A stretch of 64,000 bases of DNA from a virus (lineage: Duplodnaviria; Caudoviricetes), in the IMG/VR virus record IMGVR_UViG_3300031760_005061, positions 32,065 through 96,064 of that record. One strand, 5' to 3'. The position numbers were made by a program, and so were the translations under genes. Positions 39,581 to 54,036 of the stretch are shown here, in pieces (position 1 is the stretch's first letter; every line of letters starts with the position of its first letter). Below the pieces are notes generated by a model. The model saw only the letters and a program-made list of their open reading frames with translations. It was not told the DNA's origin and ran no database searches.

Positions 39581-40762
39581 TTAATCGCAGCTCGAACCTC
39601 TTTTCAGTCCCATCAGATACACATCCTGTTCTTTGTCGTGAAAAAGACTGTGGCCGTAATATCCATAACCGGCAAGATAACTCGGTAACGTGTTTTCAAT
39701 TTCATCTTCGACCTCTGAGTATGTCATAGCCGAAAGCCGTTCGTATTCTTCCTTTCCGATTTCAGAATACGAGATACCCATGTCAGAAGACAGCGGCTGG
39801 TAAAAACACTTTTTGCCCTCCGTATTAGTCCAGTACTGAATCATGATTTTCCTCCTTTCTATTATTTTTAATCGGGATTTTCGTACTCGACGATTTCTGC
39901 ATAATCAAAGCAGTTATAGTGTGTCTGGAATAATGATCTGATTTGCTTCCATGATTTTACCGGTGTAAATTCTCTCGAAAACCATTCTACGATAGAGCTT
40001 TCGCTATCAAAGTATTCACAACAATCGTCTCCGTTTTCGATATTCATTTCCGGAATATCAGCCGATGCAACGAAGTCAATCTTAAATTTATCTATGAGAA
40101 AGCGCCGCTCAACATCTGAGTTGAGATATAATCCGCATCCGGGTTCATCCGCTTGGTAAACATACTTAAGATCATATCCGGCTTTGTCTATAATTGCTTC
40201 GAGATAACCAACGTTTTGACACCATGCATCGGTTTGTAACAGATACAAGTATTTCTCATTGTTTTTGTTTGTCGCAATATAATAGTCGTCTATAACTCCT
40301 CTGCAAGAAACGCCTTCCCACGGAATACCGTATGCATCAAGAACATTGCCCTCCCACAGGTTTCCAAAACCGTTTTCAACTCGGCTTTCCTTTGCGCCTC
40401 TCAAACCATCAAGAACAGATGCAATGCTCTGAATATCCTCTTCGTTACCATAAACAGCGATTGTTGTACTACACCAGTTAGGCACACTTCTCATCCTTTC
40501 TTTTAATTTCAAATTCGTATTCGCCATATCTATATGGCTGACTGTCGAGTTCTATGGGTGATTTTACCGTCATAGCATTGTATCCGTTGCACAGTAAGCC
40601 AAGTGTTAAATCGTCGGCCGATGTCTGGTTGAGTTCCATAGGAGCCTCGTCTTTGTTCCAATATGCCATTTTAGTTTCGTAGTCTTTTGATGTGACATAT
40701 GCCGGGCCATCGCCGGCAAACACCAGAACATAGTAGTAATATTTTTTAGTTTTATTCGCCAT
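39581..40762 (-). CDS. Hypothetical genes (39581-39844; 39868-40485 with MPNWC start, YubB/ferredoxin-like; 40478-40762)
   Basis: PNWC...AW...Y.YQADEPG motif. Confidence 0.6.
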
Positions 40763-41446
40763 TTAAGAATCTCCTTCCACTTTTATTTTATTGGCGTCTG
40801 CTTTCAATACTTCGGATATGTATACCGGTTCTGTTTTATTTTTAAAATTGTCCGGAGTGTAGCATTTCATACATGTCTTACATTTTCTCGGACAATTGAT
40901 TGTGATATTGTGCTCGGTTGCGTAGTCGGCGGTATAGACAGTAAAAACAAAATCAGTCCACGGATACTTTTTCTTTTCGACTTTGTTTTTAAACAGACTG
41001 CTTACGCCGCAAATCATATTTTCCGGTTTTCCTTCAATCTTAATCGCCGCATCCATCACCGCGTGGTTCTTAGTCCACAGTGTAAAGATGCAATGGGGAT
41101 TTCGTTTTGCAAGCCGAATGTAGTTTCTTGCCTGTGTAAGATTATTGATGTCGCCGTGAGATTCGAGTCTTAGTGTTAGTGTTGGAACATAAGGCAAATC
41201 GGTAACCTCGTACAGTTTTTCGGTCAAGACTTTTGTGTTATTAGAGAGCGGGGTTGTCAACTGTTTTCTCCACCGGCTCGCGGCAGCATAACACTCTGAG
41301 CAAATTGACCCGTCGATTTTCTGCCTGCTTTTGCAAAAATCATTTTCCCATACCGAAGTCGATATGCTCATAAAGTCTTCAAGTTTACCGGACAGCTTAG
41401 ACATGTGAAGATAGTTTCCGTCTGCTAAATAAATTCTGTTGTTCAA
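40763..41446 (-). CDS. Gp88-like Cys-rich phage protein
   Basis: C.......SIC..CYA...R.E.HGD...LWTK...C..C..CY. Confidence 0.6.
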   Translation of the reverse strand: MNNRIYLADGNYLHMSKLSGKLEDFMSISTSVWENDFCKSRQKIDGSICSECYAAASRWRKQLTTPLSNNTKVLTEKLYEVTDLPYVPTLTLRLESHGDINNLTQARNYIRLAKRNPHCIFTLWTKNHAVMDAAIKIEGKPENMICGVSSLFKNKVEKKKYPWTDFVFTVYTADYATEHNITINCPRKCKTCMKCYTPDNFKNKTEPVYISEVLKADANKIKVEGDS

Positions 41447-41518
41447 ATCATACCTCTCTTTCGTTTTTGTCTCTCGTTACTTTTGATGTAAAAAAAATAA
41501 AAGCGTTGTTTTATTGTA

Positions 41519-44500
41519 TTATCCAATTGTCATTTTTGCGTGACAACTCGGACATTCGCTTAGCTGAACCGCACTCTCTTCCATACACTCTGAGCACAAC
41601 CACTTTTCATATTTCTCATACGAGTCGTCGTAGATCCAGTATCCGGTTTTTGTTTCCGTGTTCTCCCTCCGTTCCTCAATTATTTCCATCAGCCTATTAA
41701 TTATTTTGTCTGCCTCCTCATTTTCATATTCATGATGTTTCTTAGTGTTTCGCTTGATAAGATATATTACAATATCTACCAACGCCCTCGAAAGTAAAAC
41801 TGCTAATGCTGTCACGGCAATCCGTTCTATTGTCATTTGTTTTCTCTCCATCCTTCCATATTTGCTCCGCAATGAGGACAAAAATTTGTTCTCATATACG
41901 ATATATAACGGCATTCAGAACAAAGTAAATCCATCGGATGATTCACCGGGTCATTATTTAATCGTTTCCAATATCCATATTTTACCTCTGCAACATTAGC
42001 AGAAGGCATTAAACATAATTTAATCTGTGTCAAATCAAAATCATCAAGTTCCTTTATAATTGGTTCTTCATCATTAATTTGCCATTTAAGTTTCATTTTC
42101 TCTCTTTGCTCCAAAATACTTAACAAATGTGTCTCGCTTAATGATAAGGTCATTAAGTTCGTCCCTCTTTTTAGCGATTTCGTCATCAAATTTCTGTGTG
42201 ATAGTTTCCCTTGACACAATTAGTTCTTCGGCACTAACTCCAACTATCTCAATGCCCTCTGTATCGTTGTTGTATGGAATAAACTCTATCGTCGGTTTAT
42301 CCCAATAATTGCCGATTTTATACATAGCAACAATTATAGTCGGCAAGTCTTTGAAATTTGCAAAGTCTGTTATAACTCCTGTCTTGACCTCGTTACGCTC
42401 GTTCCGGTTATCAAGCACCTTGACGGTGTCGCCAACCTTAAACTCGTCAATTCTTCTTGCGGTAGTCAAGTCAACCTCTAATTTGACTCCGTTAATCTCA
42501 ATAATTCTTTTGTTCTCGTTCATTTGTTTTTTCCTTTCATTTTTATTTTTTGATAACTTGTTACATCAAAATAACGAGAATAACCATTTAAAATACATTC
42601 TATTGCTTTTTTTTCCGACAAGCAACAAATATAGTGACGCCCATTTTCGCTTATAATTGCTCTCGAATTTATACATAAATCGCATTTACTCATTTGCTTT
42701 CTCTTCTTTCTTCTGCCGGTTAACCATTCAATATATACCCGAGTTTTGTTGCTATTTTCTCGAGTGCATAAACATAACCATCGAGAGATGTCTGACCAAG
42801 CTCGGCACATCTTTCTTCAAGCTCGTCAAGATTCAGATCTTCGAGTCCGGATATTTCAGAATTGATTTCGTTAATCAAATTTAGAATTTCAATTTTCAAA
42901 TCTTTTCATCCTTTCGTTTTTGCTTAGAGTTTTATTTTGAATTCAACAAAACCGCCCTCAGTATCCTTGAGATATTTCGAGATTGTTTCGGAATCTTGAT
43001 AACAGATGTTGTTATAATATTTTGTATAGTATTCCACCTGTTTGTCTGTTAGCGAAACAAACTCGCCACTATCTTCGTCGTCTCCAACCACAATCATTGT
43101 TCCGCAAATCATATCGTATATCACGCCGTCTTCGTCATGTATAGGTCTGTTCATTTCCAAACCCATTATTTTCCCCTCTTCGTTACAAATAACCGCAACA
43201 CTGTCGTCAAACGGATATACAACTTCTATATAACCGCCAACAATTTCCTGTAGTGATTTAAGGCTGCTTCCGATTTCAATTTCGTTTGCGCTCATTCCGG
43301 GGTTAATTACAAGTGCTTTGATTGTTTTCATTTGTTTTTCTCCTTTCGTTTTATGAATAATTATTCATTCCATACACTGCTTATCGCAAGCAGTGTTATC
43401 GGAACAATGACCGCTGTAATTATACCGATAGACAAAATGTCATTTGGTGTCAACTTACAACCCTCCCACAACATATCTTTTCCTGTTCACCGGCGCCGAG
43501 GTTGTCGTCGTCTTCATACATAGTTGTCTTGACAAACTCATCTTCGTAATAAATATCCGCACAATTCAGCAGATTTTTATGATAAGGATTTGGATGATAT
43601 AAATCAAAAAGTGAACACGCAAGAAGTCTTGCTTTGCCGATCTCTTTTATTTCGTCATGGAGCTCTTCCGGAATATCTTGGAATACCACAACCTTGGTCC
43701 ATCCTCCGCGGTAAGGATATTGCTCGTCAGTTCCGTATGTAAAATAGAAATCATATTGACACATAATTTTCTCCTCCTATTTTAGTTTAGGTTTCTTCTA
43801 CGCTATCAAACGTCCAGTCGCGATCATTCGAGTCAAAATCGATAAATGTTCTATCAATACCATTCATTCCCTCTATTTGCTTGTCGTAGATATAGTCTGA
43901 AATAATGTCTCCAATCAAGACAATATCATCATCGTTGTCTCTTGCGTGTAAATCGGTATCCAGATATGTTGTATCATAACCGGTCATACAATCTTCGATG
44001 TCTTGCGACGTAATATCTCGAATATTATTTGTAACATAATTTGCTCTCATATCCGAGTTCAGTTCTTCGAGATCAATATCAAATGCAACTTTGGCGACAT
44101 ATGTGCCATATTCTTTAAAAACAATTTTCATTTTGATTTTCCTTTCGTCTCACCAATCGTCTCCGCTGCTCCAGCACGATGGATTTGTCACATGCTGACC
44201 GAACATATTATGCCACTCTCCGCAATACGGACATTCACAGGCGCCGAGATATTCATCATATAACTCGATTTCATTTCCGCATTCACAAATTGCAACCGCG
44301 TTTTCTGTGTATGAGTTTGAAATCACAGTTACAACTGCCTCGTATTCCGGGTCGTGTATGAGCTCGTTATACTTGGCTAACCGTGACGGACTCAGTTCGT
44401 CTATGTTGACATTTCCGTTTTTGTCACAATCGAACCAGTATGCCGGTTTGTCGTCGTTAATTGGGTCAAGCGTGAGCTCGTAACTCTCTTCGCAAATTCT

Positions 44501-45445
44501 CTGTCTCTGTTTAATTATTTCAGCCATTTTCTATCACTCCTCCCACTCTTCCATTTTATTTTCGTCGAACTCTTCATATACAATATGGCCGAAACACAAC
44601 TGGTACTTACCATTGATAAAGTGTTCAACCCAGAAATCGCCGGAGTCCTCTCCGTTGCCGTAAAGAACAAAATGTAAATCCGGATTTAATTTTGAGAGCG
44701 CAATCATATCTTCTTCGTATTCATCCCATTGCATTGCGTCAAATAACATATCTTTGAATGTTTTGTACCTAATTGCGTCTGCTGTAGACCACATTTCATA
44801 CAGCTGTTGTACGATTTCTTCTTCTGAATATTCGATGTTGTTTGGGTTTTCAATTTCCAAATCAAAATAAGTGTAGTATGACATTAAACACTACCTCCTT
44901 CCTCTTTATAGTGAGCAGTCACATCAACATCACAAGGTAAAACAGACTGTCTGGGCGCTATATACTCCAGTCTGTTGTCATCAAAACAAAAAGCGTTTAT
45001 TGGTCTTACTCCGTTGTTGTACTCATAAGTTCCGCAAATCTTTAGGTATAAATACCCAAACATAATGCAACAGTCTCCCTCGTTTAAATCCTCGAATACT
45101 GTCGGATTTGGGTTTACATATTTAACATCCATTTTAATCCTCCTTGTACAGTCGTATACCGATGTCGGTATTAAAGTCGTTTAATTCATTTGTGATTTCG
45201 GTTTCAATTTCGCTTACAACTCCAAGAGCCCTTGCAATAATTGAATCTGTCCAAGCGCATTCGTTTTCAAACTCGGTGAGATAATCAATATACTCACCGA
45301 GTAAGTTATACGCCTCTGTCGCTCTTAGGATTTTGTTATGGATTTTCTCGTCCATTTTATACACCCTTTCTGCCGTCAACTTCCGGCATCTCGCAGTATG
45401 TTCTTGTCTGACCATATCCGGCTGATGTACATGTGAGAATTTCAT
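41519..45445 (-). CDS. Run of small early genes, including Zn ribbons and a DUF3846-like gene (42924-43331)
   Basis: LQEIVGGYIEVV...CNEEGK.MGL..NR motif for DUF3846; others have RBS and coupling only. Confidence 0.6.
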
Positions 45446-47597
45446 CTGTACATCTAAACCCGTTCTGTCTCATAAATCTGATAACAGTCGGTATTGCCTC
45501 CGGATTATTTCCCAACCAACGGTTACACATACCGTGAATTTGTACGGTTACACCGGCGTTGTTAACCTCTATCGCGTAGAACGGGATATCCTCGTTGTCT
45601 CCCTTTCTGCGAAGGAAAAACAAATTCGTATTTCCGTTTGAATGATTGCTGGTATAGCCGCCTATACATATTCTCTGAATAGAACCTTCACGAACGATTT
45701 CAGCATTGTCTTTCGGAAGACGGATGATATAATCATCGTCTTCATATTCCCATTTCTTTCTCTTTTCGTCGAGCTTCTTACGTCTTTCGTCGAGCATTTT
45801 ATTTCTCTCGGCTTCTGCCATATCCCATTCACGACGAGCCGCCGCTCTCTGTTCATTCAGCAGAGCTGTTACAGCGTCATGCGCTCTGATAACATCCGAC
45901 GGGCTGTCAAACATCCAATCAATTACAACTCTGTTTTCGTCATTGAGATTTTCCCATGTCTGTATGGTATCTTTAATTAACTGCGCCGACTCCGGTGCTT
46001 TCGCCGTAAGCCTCGCGGCGTTATTGAAGAATTTTCTTAACAACTCTTTTTCATCTTCATTTGGGACTCCATCGGGATATGCATCAGTCAGTGCATGTAT
46101 AATAAATCTGGTTCTGGTTTCAAAAGAAGAGTTATATCTGTAATAATAATTCTGCTGTATTTTATTGATTACACTCATCATTAAATCAAACTTTTCTTTT
46201 TCTGGAACGTTTTTAGTTCCCCAGAGATTGATGTAAGTGTCAAATATGTCTTTGCTGTATGAGTGATTTCTATCAGTTCGGTCATCGGAAAAGTTATCAA
46301 GATATAACTTCAGCCACTTAGCCGATAAACCGCTTTTCTCAACGAGGTTCTTACCCTTTTTGTTGTAGGTTATAAACAGATTTTTCAGATCTGCGTTGCA
46401 TGTTCTTGATGAACCTATAGACAACGCCGTTCTGATATATCCCATCTTGAATAACTGTTCAATTTCCGGATATCGAAGCATATTCACAATGGCTACCGGA
46501 CATCTGCCATCATGCTTTACTTTTTCGATGACACCTTTTAAAAACGAAATGCGTTTTTCCGTTCCGATATCTTCCGGATTTGCGAAGAACCCTTTATACC
46601 CCCAAGTCATTGAGGATATATCTTTTTTGTGCAGAGCACCGGTTGAGTCGACCGCTACGCAACGGGTCATCTTACCGTTAAAATCGAAATATACACGCGA
46701 ATCCTCATAGGGTTCATCATCGTATGTGTACGCATATCTGCCGGTTATCTGGTTGTATGTATAATGATAATCTTTTTTGAAAAACCGGAGAACACCGATT
46801 TCGTTATTGATTTTCTGGTATACCATATAATTATATAAATCATTGCGGTATGAACTTGGATTATACCCATAATGCGTCGAGCTGTCCCCCACCCTGTCTT
46901 CTTCTACGGTTTCATATGTTTTCGCAACCGGGAGTTCAAGCTGTGCAAGGTCGTCTATGATGTCTTCGACTTTTGATTTTGTTTTTATTTTCTTTGCTGA
47001 AGACTCATACCAGTGCTGCAAAGACCACAGAGATTCAAACTGTATTACTCTTCCATTCTGGAGATAAAATTCATCCTGTCCCCAAAAATCCTTAAACTCC
47101 TTCATTAATGGTGTCGATTTTGAGTACTCCATTCGCTTTAATGCCAGACGTACAAACTCTTTTCCGTTCTTAACCCAATCGAGTTTGCAGCGATAGTGAT
47201 CTGTGTAATAGTATGAAGGGTTGGGATTATCCGGATACGCATTGTTTTTGTCAAAAACTTTTATCATTTTGCGACCGTCTTGCTTATAAAAATTACGGTC
47301 TTCGTCCATATAAAAGGTTTCATATTTGACCCAAGGTTTCGGGTCGCTGACGCGGGTGGACGCTTTGCACAGCGTCCACTCCAGCAACTTCTTACCGCTG
47401 TTATATGTGTGGCATTTTATATACTGATAATAAATATCACCCCTATTCGAGATGAATCTTTTGTCGTCGGGAAGTTGGTTACTCGTAACCTCTTTTCCCT
47501 TTTTGATATCGAGGTAGTGAGTTCCGGATGAGTTGCTCCATCTGACCACATAATCCGGTATCAAATTCAATTCCGGCTTTGTTGATGTTCTCGGCAT
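45357..47597 (-). CDS. PcfJ-like domain protein
   Basis: C-terminal HD...IRLP....EIV.EG..Q.ICIG.Y...LFFLR....PF..IEV...Q..G..N. Confidence 0.8.
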   Translation of the reverse strand: MPRTSTKPELNLIPDYVVRWSNSSGTHYLDIKKGKEVTSNQLPDDKRFISNRGDIYYQYIKCHTYNSGKKLLEWTLCKASTRVSDPKPWVKYETFYMDEDRNFYKQDGRKMIKVFDKNNAYPDNPNPSYYYTDHYRCKLDWVKNGKEFVRLALKRMEYSKSTPLMKEFKDFWGQDEFYLQNGRVIQFESLWSLQHWYESSAKKIKTKSKVEDIIDDLAQLELPVAKTYETVEEDRVGDSSTHYGYNPSSYRNDLYNYMVYQKINNEIGVLRFFKKDYHYTYNQITGRYAYTYDDEPYEDSRVYFDFNGKMTRCVAVDSTGALHKKDISSMTWGYKGFFANPEDIGTEKRISFLKGVIEKVKHDGRCPVAIVNMLRYPEIEQLFKMGYIRTALSIGSSRTCNADLKNLFITYNKKGKNLVEKSGLSAKWLKLYLDNFSDDRTDRNHSYSKDIFDTYINLWGTKNVPEKEKFDLMMSVINKIQQNYYYRYNSSFETRTRFIIHALTDAYPDGVPNEDEKELLRKFFNNAARLTAKAPESAQLIKDTIQTWENLNDENRVVIDWMFDSPSDVIRAHDAVTALLNEQRAAARREWDMAEAERNKMLDERRKKLDEKRKKWEYEDDDYIIRLPKDNAEIVREGSIQRICIGGYTSNHSNGNTNLFFLRRKGDNEDIPFYAIEVNNAGVTVQIHGMCNRWLGNNPEAIPTVIRFMRQNGFRCTDEILTCTSAGYGQTRTYCEMPEVDGRKGV

Positions 47598-47615
47598 TGC
47601 GTCCACCCTCCTTTC

Positions 47616-50600
47616 TTAAATAATTATGTCGGCGATAACATAGTTGTAGTCATCGTCGTCGTCGTCGTATTCTTCCTCATACTGAGCTTCTTCTGCTCTC
47701 TTCTCGGCTATGTATGTTTTCACTCTTGCTTCGAGAAGCGCCTTGATTGCCTCGTTGGGGAGACTGCTTACGTCGAGGTCGTCACAGTTTGCAATTTCGT
47801 CACCGCCTACGAGAAGTGCTTTGCCGGAAGAATATTCGATTTCGATTTCAATTCCATCTACGGAAATGATTTCGTCGGGCGTTACACCCTTTTCGGTGTC
47901 GTTGGCAATGTTGCTGAGTGTTGCAATCATCGCACCGATATTTCCGCCGGTTTCGTTGTATGCCTTTTCAAGCAGATTGATTGCTGCGGCTCTGTCCTTT
48001 TCGTTGAGCGAGCCGAGGATGCCGACCTTTGCTCCGTCGATTACCACGTATTCGATTGTGGTTCCGTTCTGAAGCTCCTGTCTGATTTCGATGTGGTTCT
48101 TAACTTTCGGGGTTTCAATGTTTGCTGTTGACATAATTCATTTCTCCTTTTAATTTTATTATTTTGTTTTCGGTCTATATATGAACATCATAAGATGTTA
48201 TTTTATTTCCATCCGTAGACGGATTTGACCTTTGTTCCTATCGGTCGAGTAAAGCGGACTATGTCGCTGTGCTCGACATCGCCGTTGTAAATTCTATTCA
48301 GAAATCTGTTTTTCGCGCTATCACTTAAACCGGATTTCCAATATCGATATAGATAATGGTTTGTTCCGTCGTGGTGGTATGCGTCGCACTTTAAATCGTT
48401 GCCCTCGACATACCATTCGGCATCGTCGCAATCGGAGTAAAGGCAATCCGAAATCTTTTTCGAATTCAGTTCTTTATACCCACAGCGTCTGCCGTCCCAC
48501 AAGCCGAGGTTACCTATAACAATGATTTCCTCATCCACTTCTGTGGCGAGGTTTATTCTTTCGTCGTAAAGGTAGTCCGAGTTAATTTCGAACATTTTGT
48601 CAACGAGTTCGTCCTCGGAGCATTCGGGATATTCTGATTTTAAATCCTCTTCCCAATCCGAGAAATTACAGAGCGAACTCCAGATTATATGTTTTGTTTT
48701 TGCCATTTAATACAGCTCCTCTTTTAAGAATTCGAGGAAGTCCTCGTCGAGCACTTGTAAACCGAGCCAGTCAAGAAACAGACCGGCTACTCTTTCAGAA
48801 TCGTTAACCTCGAGTAGGATTTCATAGCACTGCTCCTGTATTTCATTCATCGTCAGATGCCTCCTTTTCTTTTTCGATTTCGGACTCGATGAGTTTCAGA
48901 GCTTCGGCGAGCGCGGCGAAATGCATTTCCTTTTCGTCGCTGTCAAGGTAGTCGTCGGGCATTCTCATTCCGACCGTAATGCCGAAAGATACCAGCGCAT
49001 TGTAAATCTGTTTCAAAGTCATTTTCATTCCTCCGTTTTGTTTTCGATTTTGATATCTGTTAACACATACGACCATGCCGTGCCGAAGTGTGTAACACCC
49101 CATATATACACATTGAGTTCTTCGTCATAAAAGACGATTTCATCCGGACACCAGTACTTCAATATTTCGTATCCGGTGTCTGAGATTATGTAATATTGAA
49201 AAATGTCGACATAATCTCCGTATTCGTTTTCGATTTCACCATGTACAAGCTCCATCGTCTCTCCCCATCGGCTCGCCATTTCGTTACAGAGAACCGCGTC
49301 GAATGACTTTGCAAGTGCGGCATAATCTACGTATCCGTTTTCAATTCCGTATTCGGACACCGGATTGCCGTAAAACGTGAGACCTTTTAAGTTCGGCATT
49401 ACATCATCCCCTTTCTTTTTTCGAGCATTCCGAGACATACTTTGATTGAAGCTTCGACATCCTCGATGTAGGGCGTTTCCTTTTCCGGATTGTTAAATCC
49501 GTTGCTCATTACGAAATTGAGGTATGCGTGAGACTGATGATATAAATCGTACAGACCTAACCCCAAGTCGTATAAGAGTTCTGAGTTGGCGATTTTGTTG
49601 TTTTCCATTTTTACTCTAACCCCCAAAGTTGTTTAATATAGTGATTTTCGTTTTTAAACAGCGCCTCTTGAATAATAGCGTCTGCTATATACTTAGCGTT
49701 TTCTTCTAAACAATAATCGTTATATGTGTCATATTCGTCTTCTGTAAAAGCTTCCCATGTTCCACATTCGATTATGTTTCCTATTGCCGAAATGAAATCA
49801 TTTTTAGTAAGCACAAATTCTTTATTTTCTACTGATGATATAATTGCGATTGAGTCATCTTGCTCAAACACTTTATTGATAACAGTAGCAATTTCAAAAG
49901 ACGAGTAGCTACCGGCGTCGTCAAGTGAATGAAATAATGTTGGAACTACTTTCTTTATGCTTTGTGCTGTTTTTACAAACGCGTCATCTATTTTGACTTT
50001 TCCCCAGTATTCAATTCCGGTTTTAATTCCGGAAAGAATTGTGAATATTTCGTCTTCGTTAATGCTGTAATGAATTACACGATCATACTCAAATGTCATT
50101 TCGGTTTCCTCCGTTTTAATAATGGATGTCAACTAATACAATCGCATAATAATCCTTATCCGATTTGTATTCTGAAATCCTTTTTTCTGTTATTTTTGAA
50201 CTTCCGTATTCATAGTCAAATATATGACTATCAGTGGTGAACGCCCCATATACCAGCTTGGCAAATTGTAGCAGGTAAAACGATTGCATACTTGAAGTGC
50301 AATTGTTTTTATATTCAGAAATATATTCTGCAATCGATTTTAGTCGTCTCCCGTCTTCATTATTTCCGGTATAGAATTCCATTTCGGATTTCTGTGCATC
50401 ATTGAGATAGTCGACTATGTCGAAAAAATCGGTATCTGTCGCTCGTATAACATTGCGAGGATATATTTCAGACCATCTGCCAGCTGAAGATGTGTCTGCA
50501 TACCAGTCCCAGACTTCTCCCTCGTATGGGGCGAGTGCTACTTCGGCTCCCCAGCGGATTTCATCGTCTGATAGACGATTGTCATTCTGGTCTTTCGCAG

Positions 50601-53600
50601 GGACTATAATGCCGGTTAAAATGTGCATTTCATTTCCTCCTTATGAAATTGGATTTCGTTTTGATTACCACATATCACTGTCGCAAGGACGACATATGTA
50701 GTAAATTCCGGTTTCTTCGTCGATGTCTAAATCAACGCCATACGGAGCGTTGATAATACTCTCTATAATGTCTTCGGTTTTACAAAGAGAGTATTTGTTC
50801 CAGACACCGCTTTTGTACATTACGGTTTCCGGTTCATTTTCGTTAAGGATTTCAATTACGGAATCACATCCGAGTTGTATTAAATGTTTTCTAGGCATTT
50901 TTGTCTCCTTTTGTTGTTTGATATATAACTTCGAAATTGGGGTAAAACCGTCCACGTTTTACCCGAAAACTATGTCGCCGAAGCAGGCATACTGGATGAT
51001 TACATCACCGATTTCGGAATCGATTTCATCCATATCGCCACGCCAGTGCTCATTTTCGATTGACATTTTAATTCCATTGGCGAGGTCGTCTGCGTTGAAA
51101 GAGTATATATCCGGTTCTTCGTCGTCGATTGTTTCCGTGTCAATCAGATGAACCGACTTTCCGTTTTCGAGAAGGCGAATCATCACTTCTTCGTATGTAG
51201 GAATTTCGTCCGGCTTTTCTTTCCGGAGTTCTGCACGAGCGACTTTCCAGTCCGCTGTAGTATTGTCGAGGCAAGCCCAGTAACCTATGCCGCCCTCAAG
51301 AGCGGAACTCAGAATATCGTCGATGTCTTCGTTGTTAAAATATAATGTGATGTCGATTTCGAGATTCATTTTTAATCCTCCGTTATGTTTTGAATTTTGA
51401 TTTCAACTTCTGAAAGCATTTTTTCGATATGTTCGAGATGAGCCTTAATTTCCTCAAGCGTCATTTTTGTTCTCCTTTCGTCCCTCGTTACTTTCTGCGG
51501 TTAAAAAGAAGAACTCTCTGAGTTCCTTTTCCATTTCAACCGGGTCTTCTTTTGCCATACATCCGAGCATAAGCAGCGCGAGGAATCCGAATAGCCATAT
51601 GAAATACATTGACGTTTTCCCCTTTCGATTTTATTTTGAAAGCAGTTTCATAATTGCGGTCTGTGCTTCAGCGGTGACCGCTTTTCTGATGAGCATTTCC
51701 TCATAATCGGAAACCTCGTATGTTGAGAGTTCTTCGCCGTTTTCGAGGCGAGTTTCATACTCTTCCATACACTGTCTCCAGTATGAGTCGTTGTCCAGAA
51801 CTGAGCAAATATTCGCGAGGCATTTTGCTCTGCACGCGATCTGTTCGTAGTCTTTCATATTGACTACCTTTCCGAGTTTTGCTTCTGACATAGTTCATTT
51901 CTCCTTTAAATTTTGATTTTTGATTTTATTTCCTCAGTAACATCTTCTTCGGTGAAGAAGTTACTGTGGTCGCCGATTTTAATTACTTTGCTGATTTCGA
52001 TTTTGTTTTCGTTTGCGGTTTTAAATGCGGTTTTGAGACCCGCTTCAATTACCGCGAAGAATATGAGTTTTTCCGGTTCACCGGATTTGTTTCCGTAAAT
52101 GTTAAAATAATCCATTTTTCAATCCTCGTAAAATATCATTTTTGAATACGATTTCACATCTGTAATCGCACATCCTTTGTCGATTAAAGATGATATAATT
52201 CCCGTGAGCACATCTGAGCTTGGAGCGATTGCCAAGCAGATTTCGTTTATAGAGTCGGGCATTCTGCCATAAATTATATACGCCATTTCCTCACCTCTTA
52301 TTGTAAACTGATTTCATTTCCGCATACAGCTCGCCGGTTTCGTTATCAAATATGGTTACCTTTTTGATTTCAAATCCGGCAAGTATTAGTGCCTCGATAG
52401 CATAATGGACATCGGTGTTTTCGCATTCGGTTCTGACTTCTATACTCCGCTTTGTAGCGTAGATGAAGTAGCCGATTTTAATAGTGTTTTCATTTCCGAT
52501 TGCTGCGTGGAGTGTTGTTTCAGTTTTCATTTGGTAACCACCTTTCAAATTCAATTTCGTTTTGAAATTCATCTGTGACATCCGAGTGACAAGTGATTTC
52601 CGCGATTTGCCACCCCTGTTCAAGAGCCGCTTTGATTAGCGGCTCGACTTCGTTTTTGGAAATTCCCATACCGCTAATCATATGGTCATCGCCGTTTGGG
52701 TCGATGGCGAAAACCACATAGTAATCTTCTCTTATCTTTGCCATACCGATTTTCCTTTCCGATTTTATTTTGTGATGTAGTAGTTTACGATTTCCCATTC
52801 TGTTACATCGCGTGATTCGAATGTATAGAACACAACCACGAGGTTGGTTCCGGCGGAGATGTATGAACTATACATTGTCCACAGATTTCCGTCTTCCGTT
52901 TCGATTTCAATTTCAAATTCGGATTCGAATTCGAAATTCGTTTCCGTTTTCGAAACGGATTTTACTGTCGCTTTCATTGCGACGAGTTCGCTGGGCGGCG
53001 GGGTTCGGAGTGCGGCGGTTGTTGAGATAATGCAGAGTGCGGCGAGGATTATGCAGATGATTTTCAATTTGAATTCCCCTTTCGGTTTTGTTTTGTCTCT
53101 CGTTACTTTACCATAACGAGATTGTTTTGTCAAGTGGTTTTGCAAATTTATTTTCAAATTCAATTTGGCTGTTCGTCAAACTCCATTTGACCACTGCTAC
53201 CCGTGGGAGATTTTAGCCTCGATTTCGTTTTCGTTTTCCTACTCATCCCATCGCGGAACTATCTCAAATAGGTATGTTGCTCCGCAAAATCGGTTTGCGA
53301 TTTTGTTTCCGGGCGTGACGGAGAGCCGTCGTCGTGGCACCTAACTGAATTTCGTTTTCGATTTTAGATTTCGTTGTCGCAGTCGTAGTCTTCCGGATTG
53401 TAGGTTTCCGGATAGAATTGATAGTGGTATTCGCGGTAGGCGGTTTCGAGGCTACAGCCAAATGTTTCGGCGTAGTCGTCGCACCACTCGAAGAAATTCG
53501 GGACTTGATTTTCTTTTTTGTTTTCGGTTTTCATTTTGCACCTCATTTTGTTTTATAAAGAAACGGAGCCCGATTATCTCGGACTCCGCCAAATCAAAAC

Positions 53601-54029
53601 ACGAACAACAAACACAAAAATCGTGTTTTAATTTTCTTTTTTGATATAGACATCTGGAATTGCGATTTCAATAGAAACTTTTCCGTTGGTTTTAGGAGTT
53701 ATGTCTATAACGCAACAATTATCAACAATTTTCGCAAGCGTTTTTATTTTTGATTCGTCAACTAAAATTAAAGCGGATAGTTCTGCCGATAAGCATCCGG
53801 ACTGTCGCTTAGGCTCTATAATTGACGGATATAACACATTATCTTCCGGAAATTCATCAACGATTTCCTTTATGAAATTATACGCCTTAATCAGCTTGAA
53901 CGCTTGTTCTGGATTTACAACATAGTCTTTATTGTCGCGCCCAGCCAAATCCGAAAAAATTTCGTCTATCATACCATCGAAATCCATATCAAATTCGTTT
54001 TCGTTTTTATTTTCCAATTCATCTATCAC
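47616..54029 (-). CDS. Run of about 15 small, mostly acidic early genes of unknown function
   Basis: Consecutive minus-strand ORFs with GGAG RBS. Confidence 0.6.
53095..53133 (-). promoter_or_regulatory. Sigma-A promoter overlapped by palindrome TCTCGTTA-N8-TAACGAGA
   Basis: TTGACA-N17-TAAAGT; inverted repeat 53098-53121 spans the -10. Confidence 0.75.
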
Positions 54030-54036
54030 CCCCTTT

